Shown here: positions 63,987 through 64,000 of the stretch, in pieces
Layout of the letters: each line of letters starts with the position of its first letter
Numbering within the stretch: position 1 is the stretch's first letter
Assembly (NCBI GenBank): GCA_000320545.1
Contig: ADNK01001958.1
Coordinates: forward strand, 53,270 to 117,269
Reading direction: 5' to 3'
DNA length: 64,000 nt
DNA from: Bigelowiella natans CCMP2755
Taxonomy: Eukaryota > Protista > Cercozoa
The notes under the pieces: generated by a model
The model's input: only the letters and a program-made list of their open reading frames with translations
Database searches by the model: none
Told to the model about the DNA's origin: nothing
Program-made: the position numbers and the translations under genes

Positions 63987-64000
63987 TTCCTGAGAAGAGT
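59878..64000 (-). CDS. OPR/RAP-domain organellar RNA-binding protein (3' part; 5' end beyond the window, stop uncertain between ~59878 and 60321)
   Basis: DLANSLWAMAVL (OPR-like, ~62615-62650); FHLSVAAALDRM; IIIEADGPTHY; LKHRALADLGWTIVTVPYFEW (RAP signature). Confidence 0.8.

Overview
Intron-rich, microsatellite-rich eukaryotic nuclear DNA. Bipartite signal/transit-like leaders, an OPR/RAP protein and an organellar IF2 suggest an alga with a secondary plastid, possibly a chlorarachniophyte (inference only). The left end carries a complete, very young Ty3/Gypsy-type LTR retrotransposon (1763-7478; identical 326-bp LTRs, GCAC target-site duplication, single gag-pol ORF). Its integrase is atypical (D,D27E) and ends in a ~125-aa domain resembling the DNA N6-adenine methyltransferase (Dam-like) domain of DIRS elements, with a degenerate catalytic motif. 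The element sits near the middle of a ~300-bp tract with no TpA dinucleotide. A similar TpA-erased tract lies at 40.3-41.1 kb, and aligned repeat copies show TA-versus-CA/TG differences, suggesting a local adenine-directed mutational process. Next to the insertion is an intronless histone H3 variant with a remodelled K27 context. Other supported genes: Zn2Cys6 factor with a second Cys/His motif, heme oxygenase, leader-bearing DNAJA, Zn-dependent deaminase, IF2 apparently lacking its C-terminal domain, Cys-rich ATP-grasp protein, coiled-coil membrane protein and a RAP-domain protein. Two MITE-like elements are also present. No tRNA, rRNA or CRISPR array was seen. Exon structures were read by eye, so gene ends are approximate where stated.
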